From NCBI GenBank assembly GCA_045546995.1, contig JAZQDW010000001.1, forward strand, positions 4,156 to 68,155: a DNA stretch of 64,000 bases, given 5' to 3'. Source of the DNA: Eubacteriales bacterium (GTDB taxonomy: Bacteria; Bacillota; Clostridia; Oscillospirales; QAKW01). How positions within the stretch are numbered: position 1 is the first letter of the stretch; each line of letters starts with the position of its first letter. The position numbers were made by a program, and so were the translations under genes. Below are positions 31,052 to 40,720 of this stretch, one piece after another. A model generated the notes under the pieces. It was given only the letters and a program-made list of their open reading frames with translations, was not told the DNA's origin and did no database searches.

Positions 31052-32842
31052 ATGTGCGGTATCATCGGATACGTCGGTGAGCGTCAGGCTCCCGATATTT
31101 TAATTGACGGCCTGCAAAAGCTGGAATACCGTGGCTATGATTCGGCCGGTATCGCCGTCTTTCAACAACAACACGTAGAAATCATTAAAACGGCGGGTAA
31201 GGTGGACACCCTGGCCCGCAAACTTGCCGCGGCGCGACCGAAAAACGTCTGTTGCGGCATCGGTCACACCCGTTGGGCCACCCACGGTGAGCCGGATGAC
31301 GTCAACGCCCATCCCCATCGGGTGGGACGGGTCACCCTGGTCCATAACGGTATCATTGAAAACTACAACGAATTGCGACAGCGGTATCATCCGCACCCCC
31401 GTTCCCGCACCGATACCGAAATCGCGGCGGCGGTGATCAACGCCTGCTATGACGGAGCGCCCGAGCAAGCTATTTTCAAGGCGGTCGCTCAATTTCACGG
31501 CACCTTTGCGCTGTGTATTTTATTTGAGGATCATCCGGATACGATCTACGCCATCCGACACGGCTCGCCGCTGATCGTGGCGCCGGGAGACGGCGAGAGC
31601 TTTCTGGCCTCGGACATCCCTGCCATTCTGGCGCACACACGACAGTATTATCTGCCCGAAAGCGAAGAGTTGACCATCGTAGACCGTGGCGGCATCCGCT
31701 TTGTCGACCGCGATCTGCAGCCGGTGGAAAAACAGCTAAAAACCGCCGACTGGGACGAAAGCGCCGCCCGCAAAAACGGCTATGATCACTATATGCTCAA
31801 AGAGATCTTCGAGCAGCCCGCCGTATTGGAGCAGACCATTCTGCGCTATAAAAACGACTTTTCTATCTTTGAGGAAGAGGAATTTGATTTCCGCGTCAAG
31901 GGCAACGTTCATATCGTCGCCTGCGGCAGCGCCTATCACGCCGGTCTGATGGGGAAATACGCCATTGAAAAATTGGCGCGCATCCCCGTTTTGGTCCACG
32001 TTGCCAGCGAGTTCCGCTATGACGATCCCATCCTGCGTAAGGAGGATCTGGTCATTGCCGTTTCCCAATCGGGTGAAACGGCGGATACCCTTGCGGCCGT
32101 AAGGCTTGCGCGGGAACGCAACGTGCGCACGTTGGCCATCGTCAACGTACGCGCCTCCTCGCTGTCACGGTTGGCCGATCACACGCTGTACACCCTGGCC
32201 GGCCCGGAAATTGCCGTGGCCACCACCAAGGCCTATCTGTGCCAGGTCTGTCTGCTGCAATTGCTGGCCGTCCGCCTGGCAGACAAGCGGCTGAGTATGC
32301 AGGAATATAAAGATATGATGGTAGCCTTTGAGGCGTTGCCCGAACAAATTAAGCAGGCGCTCACCTTTCGGGAGGAGGCCAAACAGCTGGCCCTTCGCTT
32401 TAAGGATGCAGAGCATATTTTCTTTATGGGGCGCGGACAGGACAGCTGTCTTGCCATGGAGGCCTCTTTGAAATTGAAGGAGATATCATATATCCATTCC
32501 GAGGCCTATGCCGCCGGAGAGCTCAAGCACGGCACCATCTCGCTGATTACCGAAAACACCCCCGTCATCGCCATCATGACCGATCGGGAACGGTTGCCCA
32601 AAACCGTTTCCAACCTCAAAGAAACAGACGCAAGAGGCGCCGCCGTCACGGTGGTGACCTATGCGGACGTGTCCACGGAAGGCTTTGCCGCTCAATGCAT
32701 TCCTCTACCGCCTATGGCCGCCATCACGGCGCCGCTGGCGGCCGCCGTCAAGCTGCAACTGTTGGCATATTACGTGGCGCTGGAAAAGGGCTGTGATATC
32801 GATCGCCCCCGCAATCTGGCCAAAAGCGTTACGGTGGAATAG
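31052..32842 (+). CDS. glmS: glutamine--fructose-6-phosphate aminotransferase
   Basis: MCGIIGY (Cys2 nucleophile), two SIS domains, and C-terminal PRNLAKSVTVE. Confidence 0.95.
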   Translation: MCGIIGYVGERQAPDILIDGLQKLEYRGYDSAGIAVFQQQHVEIIKTAGKVDTLARKLAAARPKNVCCGIGHTRWATHGEPDDVNAHPHRVGRVTLVHNGIIENYNELRQRYHPHPRSRTDTEIAAAVINACYDGAPEQAIFKAVAQFHGTFALCILFEDHPDTIYAIRHGSPLIVAPGDGESFLASDIPAILAHTRQYYLPESEELTIVDRGGIRFVDRDLQPVEKQLKTADWDESAARKNGYDHYMLKEIFEQPAVLEQTILRYKNDFSIFEEEEFDFRVKGNVHIVACGSAYHAGLMGKYAIEKLARIPVLVHVASEFRYDDPILRKEDLVIAVSQSGETADTLAAVRLARERNVRTLAIVNVRASSLSRLADHTLYTLAGPEIAVATTKAYLCQVCLLQLLAVRLADKRLSMQEYKDMMVAFEALPEQIKQALTFREEAKQLALRFKDAEHIFFMGRGQDSCLAMEASLKLKEISYIHSEAYAAGELKHGTISLITENTPVIAIMTDRERLPKTVSNLKETDARGAAVTVVTYADVSTEGFAAQCIPLPPMAAITAPLAAAVKLQLLAYYVALEKGCDIDRPRNLAKSVTVE

Positions 32843-32854
32843 GGGGGTGACGAT

Positions 32855-34201
32855 ATGAGAAAATATTTTGGAACCGACGGCATCCGCGGCATTGTGGAAA
32901 AGGCGCTGGATCACGATCTGGCCTTTCGTTGCGCTGCCGCCTGCGGTTATTTACTCAAACAGCAAAACCCGAAAGCAAAGGTCATCATCGGCAGTGATAC
33001 CCGCATTTCCCGCGGGATGCTGACCGGCGTAATGACCGGCGGCTTTTGCTACAGCGGCGTCAACGTCATCAACATCGGCGTGTTACCCACCCCCGCGCTG
33101 GCCTTTCTTATCGATCGGATGGGGGCGGACGCCGGCGTAATGATCTCCGCCTCCCACAATCCCTACGAATATAACGGCATCAAGATCCTCACCCGGGGCG
33201 GCATCAAATTGCCGGACGAAACGGAAGAACAGATTGAGGCATTGATGGAGGATTTTGAGCAGATCCCCTACTGCCCCACACCGGGCAATGCCGGCTATAA
33301 TATGCAGGCAAAGGATTTTTACGTGGAGCACATCAAGCAGGCCTGTGAGCAACCCTTGCAAGGCTTTCGGGTGCTGCTGGACTGTTCCAACGGCGCCGCC
33401 TGCGAGACGGCCGGAGAGATCTTCGGCGGGCTGGACGTCAGCTATACGTTGCACGGTCATCACCCCGACGGACAAAACATCAACCGACAATGCGGGTCCA
33501 CCCACATGGAACATCTGGCCGCATTGATGCAGGAGAGCGACGCCCACATCGGCTTTGCCTTTGACGGGGATGCCGACCGCTGTCTGGCGGTGGATCGCAA
33601 AGGACGGATCATTGAAGGAGACAAGATCATGGCCGTCATCGCCCTGTATCTTAAAGCACAGGGGCGTCTGCCCCACAATGCAATGGTTGCCACCGTAATG
33701 AGCAATCTCGGCCTGATTGAGACCATGAATCAAAAAGGGATCAACGTCCCCTGCACCAAGGTGGGTGACCGATACGTGCTGGAGGAAATGCTGGACAAAA
33801 ACTACGTTTTGGGTGGCGAAAATTCCGGGCACATCATTTTCAGAGAAAAGGCCACCACCGGCGACGGACAACTGACAGCCATTATGCTGCTGTGCGCCAT
33901 GAAATACTTTGATATGGACAGCACGCAAGTATATGATATTTTTACACCCTATCCCCAATATTTGTTTAACGTCACCGCCAACGACCTGCAAAAACGCAAG
34001 TTGATGGCAGACGACGTATTTACCGAAAACGTGCGACAGGCCGAAAAGGTCTTCGGCGGCAAAGGACGGATCTTGGTACGTCCCTCCGGCACCGAGCCCT
34101 ATATCCGTATTCTGGTAGAGGGCAAGGATGCGACAGAGGTGCGTTCCGCCGCCCTGCAGCTGAAGGAGGCTACCGAGATCCGCCTGGGTCAGATCTTTTA
34201 A
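32855..34201 (+). CDS. glmM: phosphoglucosamine mutase
   Basis: YFGTDGIRG and the SASHNPYEYNGIK phosphoserine loop. 448 aa. Confidence 0.95.
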   Translation: MRKYFGTDGIRGIVEKALDHDLAFRCAAACGYLLKQQNPKAKVIIGSDTRISRGMLTGVMTGGFCYSGVNVINIGVLPTPALAFLIDRMGADAGVMISASHNPYEYNGIKILTRGGIKLPDETEEQIEALMEDFEQIPYCPTPGNAGYNMQAKDFYVEHIKQACEQPLQGFRVLLDCSNGAACETAGEIFGGLDVSYTLHGHHPDGQNINRQCGSTHMEHLAALMQESDAHIGFAFDGDADRCLAVDRKGRIIEGDKIMAVIALYLKAQGRLPHNAMVATVMSNLGLIETMNQKGINVPCTKVGDRYVLEEMLDKNYVLGGENSGHIIFREKATTGDGQLTAIMLLCAMKYFDMDSTQVYDIFTPYPQYLFNVTANDLQKRKLMADDVFTENVRQAEKVFGGKGRILVRPSGTEPYIRILVEGKDATEVRSAALQLKEATEIRLGQIF

Positions 34202-34217
34202 AAGACAGGAGAAAGCA

Positions 34218-35054
34218 ATGAAGTACAGCGCCGAATTTATCCGTGATATTCTTGCCGAAAACGGCAAGATCCTCAAAAAATCCCTGGGGCAGAACTTTTT
34301 GTACGACGAAAAGATCCTGCATCAGATCGTCGACGCCGCAGTGGAGAAAAAAGGTGAAAACATCATAGAAATCGGCGCAGGTGTGGGATTGTTAACCGAT
34401 TTGTTGTGCCAAAGCGCAAAGAAAGTGGTGACGATCGAAATTGACGAGAGCCTACCGCCGCTGTTGGAAAACACCGTCCCTCACCCCAATTTTTCCTTGC
34501 ATCTGCAGGATATTTTAAAGGCAGACCTGCCCGCCCTTGCCGACCGATATTTCGGCGGCGAGCGTTTTGTAATCGTAGGAAATCTACCCTATTATATCAC
34601 TGCAAAAATCCTGGATCTGCTGGCACTGCATCAACCGCTGTTTGACCGCAGTGTTATCATGGTACAAAAGGAAGTGGCCCATCGGCTGCAAAGCGGCAGG
34701 GGGAGCAAGGAATATCGGGCCGCCACGGTGGTAATGCAGGCGCTTTTCGAGATCCGTTACGTCTGCACCGTGCCGCCCCACTGCTTTGTTCCGGCCCCTC
34801 ACGTGGAAAGCGCCGTCCTCTGTCTGACCCCTAAAGCAGACAGCGGCGTTGACGACGTAGCTGCCTTTCTTTCCTTTGTACGGCAAGCCTTTGCCGCCCG
34901 TCGCAAACAGCTGAAAAGCGTGGCCAAAAACCTGCGTGTCACCGCCGAGCAGATGACACAGGGGCTTGCCGCCGTGGGGGCTGAACCCGCCGCGCGAGCG
35001 GAGGACCTGACTCCAACACAAATGGTACAGCTGTTTGGAATATTGCACAAATAA
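34218..35054 (+). CDS. rsmA: 16S rRNA (adenine1518/1519-N6)-dimethyltransferase
   Basis: LGQNFL and the EIGAGVGLLT SAM motif. 278 aa. Confidence 0.9.
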   Translation: MKYSAEFIRDILAENGKILKKSLGQNFLYDEKILHQIVDAAVEKKGENIIEIGAGVGLLTDLLCQSAKKVVTIEIDESLPPLLENTVPHPNFSLHLQDILKADLPALADRYFGGERFVIVGNLPYYITAKILDLLALHQPLFDRSVIMVQKEVAHRLQSGRGSKEYRAATVVMQALFEIRYVCTVPPHCFVPAPHVESAVLCLTPKADSGVDDVAAFLSFVRQAFAARRKQLKSVAKNLRVTAEQMTQGLAAVGAEPAARAEDLTPTQMVQLFGILHK

Positions 35055-35080
35055 AATCAAAAAATCGCTTGCCGAGGCAA
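35049..35080. terminator. bidirectional terminator
   Basis: AAAAAATCGCTTGCC-GGCAAGCGATTTTTG between convergent genes. Confidence 0.7.
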
Positions 35081-35091
35081 GCGATTTTTGT

Positions 35092-35865
35092 TTATTCTGC
35101 CAAGACGACCCGCACGTTTTGACTGCGGATCAACTCCACGATTTCCGGTTGCACGCCGCTGTCGGTCACCAGCGTGTGGATCTCTGCGGGGGAACAGGTG
35201 GTTACGGCGGCGGTTTTGCCGATCTTCGTGCTGTCCAACACGGCGATCAATCTTCCCGTTTTGGCCAAAATGCTCTTTTTCAGCAGCGCCACCTCCATGG
35301 AATATTCCATCAACCCGCGCCCGGGCAAAAAGCCATCTGCCGAAAACACGGCAATATCCACCTGCGGAAACAGGCTCATGCTCTCATTGGCCAGCATTCC
35401 GAGGGTGACCAACATATCTGCCTTGACGTTGCCGCCGATGCAATACACCTGCAGATCCTTTTCCATACCCAGCAAGGAGGCGATCCGCAGGGAATTGGTG
35501 ATCACCGTCAGGTTTTTTCTGCCCACCAAACATTTGGCCACCTCGTACAACGTCGTGCCGCTGTCCAGATAAATGGTGCAGTTATCCGGGATCATCTCCA
35601 CCGCCCGTGCCGCCACAGCCTCTTTTTCACTCAAGCCCTCTCTGCGGCGGCGCTCCCAACGGGGGATCTCCTCCGTTTCCCGGGCCGGCCGCATCGGAAC
35701 GGCGCCGCCGTAAATGCGCGTAATCGTTCCCTCCGCCTCCAGAATGTCCAGATCGCGGCGCACGGTGGCCATGGAAATACCAAACCGCGCGCACAAATCG
35801 GTGTTGAGCACCCTGCCCTCACGCAGTAGAATTTGTTTGATTTGCATCAGTCGATCGGATTTCAT
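35092..35865 (-). CDS. DeoR/GlpR-family transcriptional regulator
   Basis: HTH LCARFGISMATVRRDLDILEAEG plus a DeoR C-terminal sensor domain. ATG 35865 gives the typical 257 aa. Confidence 0.85.
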   Translation of the reverse strand: MKSDRLMQIKQILLREGRVLNTDLCARFGISMATVRRDLDILEAEGTITRIYGGAVPMRPARETEEIPRWERRRREGLSEKEAVAARAVEMIPDNCTIYLDSGTTLYEVAKCLVGRKNLTVITNSLRIASLLGMEKDLQVYCIGGNVKADMLVTLGMLANESMSLFPQVDIAVFSADGFLPGRGLMEYSMEVALLKKSILAKTGRLIAVLDSTKIGKTAAVTTCSPAEIHTLVTDSGVQPEIVELIRSQNVRVVLAE

Positions 35866-35964
35866 ACAAATGCCCCCAAAATGATTGTTTTGATCGTTTT
35901 TCATTGTAAATCATTTGCCCTCAAATGTCAATCCTTCATTTTTTGATTGCTTTTCTGTGAATTG

Positions 35965-35993
35965 TTGACAGATAAAAAATTTAGATTTATACT
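35965..35993 (+). promoter_or_regulatory. sigma-A-type promoter (TTGACA-17-TATACT)
   Basis: TTGACA at 35965-35970, TATACT at 35988-35993. Confidence 0.6.
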
Positions 35994-36032
35994 GAAATCA
36001 TCCGAATAAAAAATATAAAAGGAGCGTTTTTT

Positions 36033-37112
36033 ATGAAAAAAGTTGCAATTATCGGCGGTGGTAACGGTGCCATCACCATGGCCGCTGACCTGAACAGCCG
36101 CGGCTATCAGATCAACATGTACGAGCAGCCCGAATTCATCGGCAAGCTGGCAAATCTGAAGGAGCACAAAACCATTCGTGTTACCGGCGTCATTGACGTG
36201 ACCGCCAAGATTGAGCTGCTGACCGACAATATGGCCGAGGCCATTGACGGTGTAAAATACATTTTGATCGTTACCCCCTCTTACGCTCACGAGGCCATTG
36301 CAGAAAAGCTGAAGGGTGTTGTCAAGAAAGATCAGGTACTGGTCCTGTATCCCGGTGCCTTCGGCGCATTGGTATTCCGCAACCTGCTGGGTGACGAGTG
36401 CCCCGTAATCGCCGAGGCCAACAACCTGCCCTACGACACCCGTCTGAAGGGCGAAGCCATTGCCTTCTGCTCCGGCATCAACCCCATCAATATGTCCTTC
36501 TTCCCTGCGGATGCCAAGGACGAATATTTTGACGACATCAACGATTTTATTCCGATCCAGTATTGCTACCGCGACGTGCTGGAATGCGGTCTGTCTCTGG
36601 TCAATCCCGCCCTGCACTCCGGCGCCTGCGTCATCAATATCGGCATGATCGAGCAGCCCTGCCGCGGCGGTTATCATATGTACGAGCATTTCACCCCCGG
36701 CTGCGCCAAGTTGGAGATCGCGCTGGATCAGGAAAGAAAGGCTATCGGCCGCGCTCTGGGCTATGAGCTGCGTCCCATCGAGGACTTCGCCGGTAAGCCC
36801 GAGGGTCATCAGATCACCTGGAAAGAACTGTATATGCAGATGCATGGCGACGTTTCCCTGACTGCCATCTCCGGCCCCAACGATATTTGGAACAGATATC
36901 TCACCGAGGACTGCCCCAACGGTCTGGTGCCGTGGGTCGCCATTGCCGAGTTGGTAGGTGTTGAGGCTCCCACTATGAAGGCTATCATCACCATCTACAG
37001 CCACATCCACGAAAGAGATTGGTGGGCTGTGGGCCGCAAGCTGGACAGACTGGGTCTGGACGGTATGACCAAAGAGCAAGTACTTGAATACGTAAAAACC
37101 GGTAAGAAATAA
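36033..37112 (+). CDS. NAD(P)-dependent octopine/nopaline (opine) dehydrogenase family protein
   Basis: Rossmann motif MKKVAIIGGGNGAITMA. The 359-aa length and overall pattern recall the NAD_Gly3P_dh_N + Octopine_DH architecture. Family assignment is from memory. Confidence 0.65.
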   Translation: MKKVAIIGGGNGAITMAADLNSRGYQINMYEQPEFIGKLANLKEHKTIRVTGVIDVTAKIELLTDNMAEAIDGVKYILIVTPSYAHEAIAEKLKGVVKKDQVLVLYPGAFGALVFRNLLGDECPVIAEANNLPYDTRLKGEAIAFCSGINPINMSFFPADAKDEYFDDINDFIPIQYCYRDVLECGLSLVNPALHSGACVINIGMIEQPCRGGYHMYEHFTPGCAKLEIALDQERKAIGRALGYELRPIEDFAGKPEGHQITWKELYMQMHGDVSLTAISGPNDIWNRYLTEDCPNGLVPWVAIAELVGVEAPTMKAIITIYSHIHERDWWAVGRKLDRLGLDGMTKEQVLEYVKTGKK

Positions 37113-37804
37113 TGATCAAGGCTGTAATTTTTGACTTCGATCATACGTTGTATGACCGTTGGCTGACCTATGAAAAATTTTACGACGGATTTGTGGCGGA
37201 GTTCGGTGACATCCTGGCGCCCCTGCCCCGGGAAGAAATGATCGCTAAGATGCATCTCTCCGACCAGCAAGGTCTGTACGTAAACGAATGGCCCGGTATC
37301 TACGACAAATACGTGGAAAACGGCGTATTTATCAAAGCGCCCGGCTTTGAAAACTTCTTCCCCTACGTCAAAAAGCATTATCCCGAGGCCATCGTGGTGC
37401 ACACCGATGCGGTAGAAACCATGGATGCCCTGCATGCGCTGGGAATCAAAACCGGTATCCTCACCAACTGTGAAAAGGGTGCGCCGGAATATCAGCACGA
37501 TAAGATCGACCGTACCCCGCTGCGTCAATACATGGACGCCATTCTGACCAGCGCCGAGGCCGGTTATGAAAAGCCGGATGCCCGCGCCTTTGTGCAGATC
37601 TGCGATCTGCTGGACGTACGGCCGGAGGAGGCCATTTACGTGGGCGACAACCCCGTCAAGGACGTTTGCGGCGCCCGCGGCGTCGGTATGACTCCCGTCT
37701 GGATGCGGTTTTATCCCGTCTGGCCCGAAGCGCTGCCACGCGGCCCCTACGAGATCGATCACCTCATCGAAGTGGTGGACATCGTAAAAGAAATCAACAA
37801 ATGA
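37112..37804 (+). CDS. HAD-superfamily hydrolase (paralog 1)
   Basis: Motif I FDFDHTLYD, motif IV-like VGDNPVKDVCGARGVGM. TAATG overlap with the upstream gene. Confidence 0.8.
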   Translation: MIKAVIFDFDHTLYDRWLTYEKFYDGFVAEFGDILAPLPREEMIAKMHLSDQQGLYVNEWPGIYDKYVENGVFIKAPGFENFFPYVKKHYPEAIVVHTDAVETMDALHALGIKTGILTNCEKGAPEYQHDKIDRTPLRQYMDAILTSAEAGYEKPDARAFVQICDLLDVRPEEAIYVGDNPVKDVCGARGVGMTPVWMRFYPVWPEALPRGPYEIDHLIEVVDIVKEINK

Positions 37805-37808
37805 GTAT

Positions 37809-37839
37809 AAAGACAGCCCCGCGGGGCTGTCTTTATTTC
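37809..37839 (+). terminator. Rho-independent terminator
   Basis: AAAGACAGCCCC/GGGGCTGTCTTT stem followed by ATTTCT. Confidence 0.65.
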
Positions 37840-37868
37840 TTGACAATATTCCCGAAATTTTATACAAT
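37840..37868 (+). promoter_or_regulatory. sigma-A-type promoter (TTGACA-17-TACAAT)
   Basis: TTGACA at 37840-37845, TACAAT at 37863-37868. A second TTGACA-17-TTAAAT lies about 60 nt downstream. Confidence 0.55.
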
Positions 37869-37952
37869 GATATATGATATTTATTTGGCCTGTTTTGAGG
37901 AATTATATTGACATTTGTTGAGTATTTTGGTTAAATAGAAAAGGAGTTCAAA

Positions 37953-38651
37953 ATGATTAAAGCGGTTATTTTTGACTTTGACCACACGCTGTACGATCGG
38001 AAGATCAGTCTGATAAAGACCGTTCCCTTCCTGATGAGTGGGCTAAAGAAATACCTGCGCAAGGATCTGACGACGGATGAATTTACCGCCGCCCTGCTGG
38101 AGGCGGAAACCTCCGAGGCAGGCTATTATACCAACGGTTACCCCGGTGTTTGCGCCGAACTGAACCGATTGGGCGTATTTACCGAGAAGCCTGCCGACGA
38201 CGACTATCGGGCAATCTTTTACCCCGCCTTCAACAACGGTATCACCCCCTTTCCCGACGCCTACGACACGTTGGCCACACTGCGGGAGATGGGCTATAAG
38301 GTAGCATTACTGACCAATGGTTTTACCAAAATCCAACACGAAAAGCTATCCTTTACCAAGGTACCCGAATATATGGACGAGATCGTAGTCAGCGAGCAGG
38401 TAGGAAAGAGCAAACCTCATCCCCTACCCTTTATCACCATCTGCCGCGCGCTGGGCATTCGTACAGACGAGGCCGTATACGTGGGCGACAACATTTTCTG
38501 CGACGTTTGCGGCGCCAGAGGCGCAGGTATGAAAACCGTGTGGAAGCCCTTTGCCCGTGTGTGGCCAAACGATATCACCCCACCCGATTTTATCATTCAA
38601 AATTTAAGTGAACTCCCCGCCATTTTACAAAAAATCGCACAGGAGAACTGA
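37953..38651 (+). CDS. HAD-superfamily hydrolase (paralog 2)
   Basis: Shares the N-terminus MIKAVIFDFDHTLYDR with paralog 1. Also carries VGDNIFCDVCGARGAGM. Confidence 0.8.
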   Translation: MIKAVIFDFDHTLYDRKISLIKTVPFLMSGLKKYLRKDLTTDEFTAALLEAETSEAGYYTNGYPGVCAELNRLGVFTEKPADDDYRAIFYPAFNNGITPFPDAYDTLATLREMGYKVALLTNGFTKIQHEKLSFTKVPEYMDEIVVSEQVGKSKPHPLPFITICRALGIRTDEAVYVGDNIFCDVCGARGAGMKTVWKPFARVWPNDITPPDFIIQNLSELPAILQKIAQEN

Positions 38652-38652
38652 A

Positions 38653-40140
38653 ATGCACAACAAATACTACCTGGGAATAGACCAGGGTACCACCGGCACC
38701 ACTGCCATTTTATTTGACAAAAACTTTGCCTGCGTTGGCCGCGGTTATTGCGAAACGCCCCGTTATTTTCCCGCCTCTGACCGTGTGGAACATCAGGCAG
38801 AAGAAATTTTAGACAGCATCCGCCGCGCGGTAAAGGCAGCGCTGAAGTTTGCCGATGCCGTCGCCGGTGAGATCATCGGTATCGGTATTGACCACGAAGG
38901 CGAAAGCGTGGTTATGTGGGACAGCGAAAGCGGCAATGCCGTTTCTCCCGTCATCACCTGGCAGGACGGCCGCACCGTAGCGGCGGCTGCCGCCTTGAAG
39001 AAAAGCCACGGCAAACTGATCTACGAGCGCACCGCCCTGGAATCGGATTGCTATTTTTCCGCCACCAAACTGCAATGGATCGTCGAGAACGTTCCCGAAG
39101 CACAACAACTGCGAAAGCAAGGCCGTTTGATGGCCGGCAATCTGGACGCCTGGATCTTATGGAATTTTACCGGCGGCAAAAGCTTTGCCACCGATGCCTC
39201 CACCGCCTCCCGCACGCAGCTGTGCAACATCCGTACCGGTACGTGGGACGCAGAGCTACTGGAGCTATATGGGCTGAACGGTGTTCGTCTGCCGCAAATT
39301 ATGGACAGCGGCACCCTTTTCGGTGAAACCGACCCCGATCGGTTTTTCGGCATCCGTGTTCCCATTGCCGCCCTGATGTGCGACCAACAGGCCGCGCTGT
39401 TGGGGCAAGGCTGTTTGCAGCCCGGTATGCTGAAAACCACCTATGGCACCGGTTGCTTTATGCTGATGAATGCCGGCGACACCCCGGTCTTGTCCAAAAG
39501 CGGTCTGCTGACCACCATTGCCTGGCAGTTGAACGGCAAACGCACCTATGCGCTGGACGGCGGCATTCACATTGCCGGCGCCGCTACCCAATGGTTACGG
39601 GACGGATTGGGCATCATTCACGCCCCCCACGAAACCCAACTGCTGGCTGAAAGCGTCAAGGATAACGGCGACGTTTATTTCGTTCCCGCCTTCACCGGTC
39701 TGGGCGCCCCTCACCGTGACAATTCCGCCACCGGCATCATCGTCGGCCTAACGGGCGGTATCACCAAGGCGCATATCGCCCGCGCCACGCTGGAATCCAC
39801 CGCCTATCAGATGTGTGATCTGCTGAACGCCGTTGCCGCCGACCTACCCGAACCCATTTCTCTGATGCGGTGCGACGGCGGCGCTACCGCCAACAGCTTT
39901 TTGATGCAATTTCAGGCTGACATCTCCGGCATCCCGTTGGAGATCCCCCAGCAAAAAGATACCACCGCCTTGGGCACCGCCTATCTGGCTGCCAATACCC
40001 TGGGACTGGCAGATCTGCAAAGCATCTCTGCCCTGCACAATAAATGCCGCCGTTTCGACCCGCAAATGAGCGAGGATCAACGGCAATCCCTGCTGGCCCG
40101 CTGGCGGCAGGCGGTACAGCGTTGCAGAGGCTGGAACTAA
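38653..40140 (+). CDS. glpK: FGGY-family kinase, glycerol-kinase-like
   Basis: GIDQGTTGTT, CDQQAALLGQGC, TYGTGCFMLMN, FVPAFTGLGAPHRD, RATLESTAYQ and DGGATANSFLMQFQADI parallel GlpK motifs. The ATG lies 1 nt after the upstream stop. Confidence 0.7.
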   Translation: MHNKYYLGIDQGTTGTTAILFDKNFACVGRGYCETPRYFPASDRVEHQAEEILDSIRRAVKAALKFADAVAGEIIGIGIDHEGESVVMWDSESGNAVSPVITWQDGRTVAAAAALKKSHGKLIYERTALESDCYFSATKLQWIVENVPEAQQLRKQGRLMAGNLDAWILWNFTGGKSFATDASTASRTQLCNIRTGTWDAELLELYGLNGVRLPQIMDSGTLFGETDPDRFFGIRVPIAALMCDQQAALLGQGCLQPGMLKTTYGTGCFMLMNAGDTPVLSKSGLLTTIAWQLNGKRTYALDGGIHIAGAATQWLRDGLGIIHAPHETQLLAESVKDNGDVYFVPAFTGLGAPHRDNSATGIIVGLTGGITKAHIARATLESTAYQMCDLLNAVAADLPEPISLMRCDGGATANSFLMQFQADISGIPLEIPQQKDTTALGTAYLAANTLGLADLQSISALHNKCRRFDPQMSEDQRQSLLARWRQAVQRCRGWN

Positions 40141-40146
40141 AAAATA

Positions 40147-40179
40147 AAAGGAGATCATTGGGCAGTGATCTCCTTTTTT
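40147..40179 (+). terminator. Rho-independent terminator
   Basis: GGAGATCA/TGATCTCC stem followed by T6. Confidence 0.7.
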
Positions 40180-40185
40180 GCAAAA

Positions 40186-40218
40186 GAAAAAACCGTCCCA
40201 TCGGGACGGTTTTATTTT
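40186..40218 (-). terminator. terminator of secG (bidirectional shape)
   Basis: ACCGTCCC-atc-GGGACGGT stem flanked by A6 and TTTTATTTT. Confidence 0.7.
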
Positions 40219-40221
40219 ATT

Positions 40222-40470
40222 TTAGCCGACCAGGTTCATTGCAATGATCACGCCCACCAAAATGATGGCAACCACGATGGTAATCTTAGCCAGGATGGCA
40301 TCACGACCGGTATTTTTGTTTTTGTTGAAAAAGCTTTCAGCGTCGGAAGCGTTTCCACCGGCCATTGCGCCCAGACCGTCATTCTTGCCCTGCTGAATCA
40401 TAATAACGATCATGATCACAACGCTCAAAACAATGGCGGAAGCGCCCAAAATAATCTGTGCAATACTCAT
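40222..40470 (-). CDS. secG: preprotein translocase subunit SecG
   Basis: 82 aa with two TM helices and a central QQGKNDGLGAMAGG loop. AAAGGTGA sits 5 nt before ATG 40470. Confidence 0.85.
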   Translation of the reverse strand: MSIAQIILGASAIVLSVVIMIVIMIQQGKNDGLGAMAGGNASDAESFFNKNKNTGRDAILAKITIVVAIILVGVIIAMNLVG

Positions 40471-40521
40471 TTTTATCACCTTTCTATTTTAAAAAACAAA
40501 ATTTTACAATAACGCACGACT

Positions 40522-40550
40522 ATCATACCATACCCCGCACCAGAATGCAA
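40522..40550 (-). promoter_or_regulatory. sigma-A-type promoter (TTGCAT-17-TATGAT, TGg) for secG
   Basis: On the minus strand, TTGCAT at 40550-40545 and TATGAT at 40527-40522. Confidence 0.55.
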
Positions 40551-40595
40551 GTTTTTTTTAAACTTTGGTATCAGAATAATTTTATGCACCTGCGT

Positions 40596-40720
40596 TTTTC
40601 CACAGTGAAAAGGTCGATTTTATGGGGTTTTGGGCGATTTTGGCCCGGGTTTTACACATTATCCACCGACTTTTCCACAGAATTTATGTAAACCAAATTT
40701 TCTACAATTTGTAGAAAATT
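40596..40720. promoter_or_regulatory. cluster of DnaA-box-like 9-mers, phased T-tracts and a 25-bp perfect palindrome
   Basis: TTTTCCACA at 40596-40604, TTTTACACA at 40650-40658, TTATCCACC at 40659-40667, TTTTCCACA at 40671-40679. Palindrome AATTTTCTACAA-T-TTGTAGAAAATT at 40696-40720. Confidence 0.4.

Noticed and set aside
40458-40691. A 77-aa plus-strand ORF spanning the secG upstream region.
   Set aside because: It has no RBS. It runs across the secG promoter and the box cluster. The translation (MQYSFLSPFYFKKQNFTITHDY...) is featureless.
40596-40720. The DnaA-box-like cluster plus AT-rich stretch read as the chromosomal origin (oriC).
   Set aside because: No dnaA, dnaN or rpmH is adjacent. 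No switch in gene-strand bias is seen across the site. Only 4-6 imperfect boxes are present. It is reported as a possible non-origin DnaA or regulator site only.
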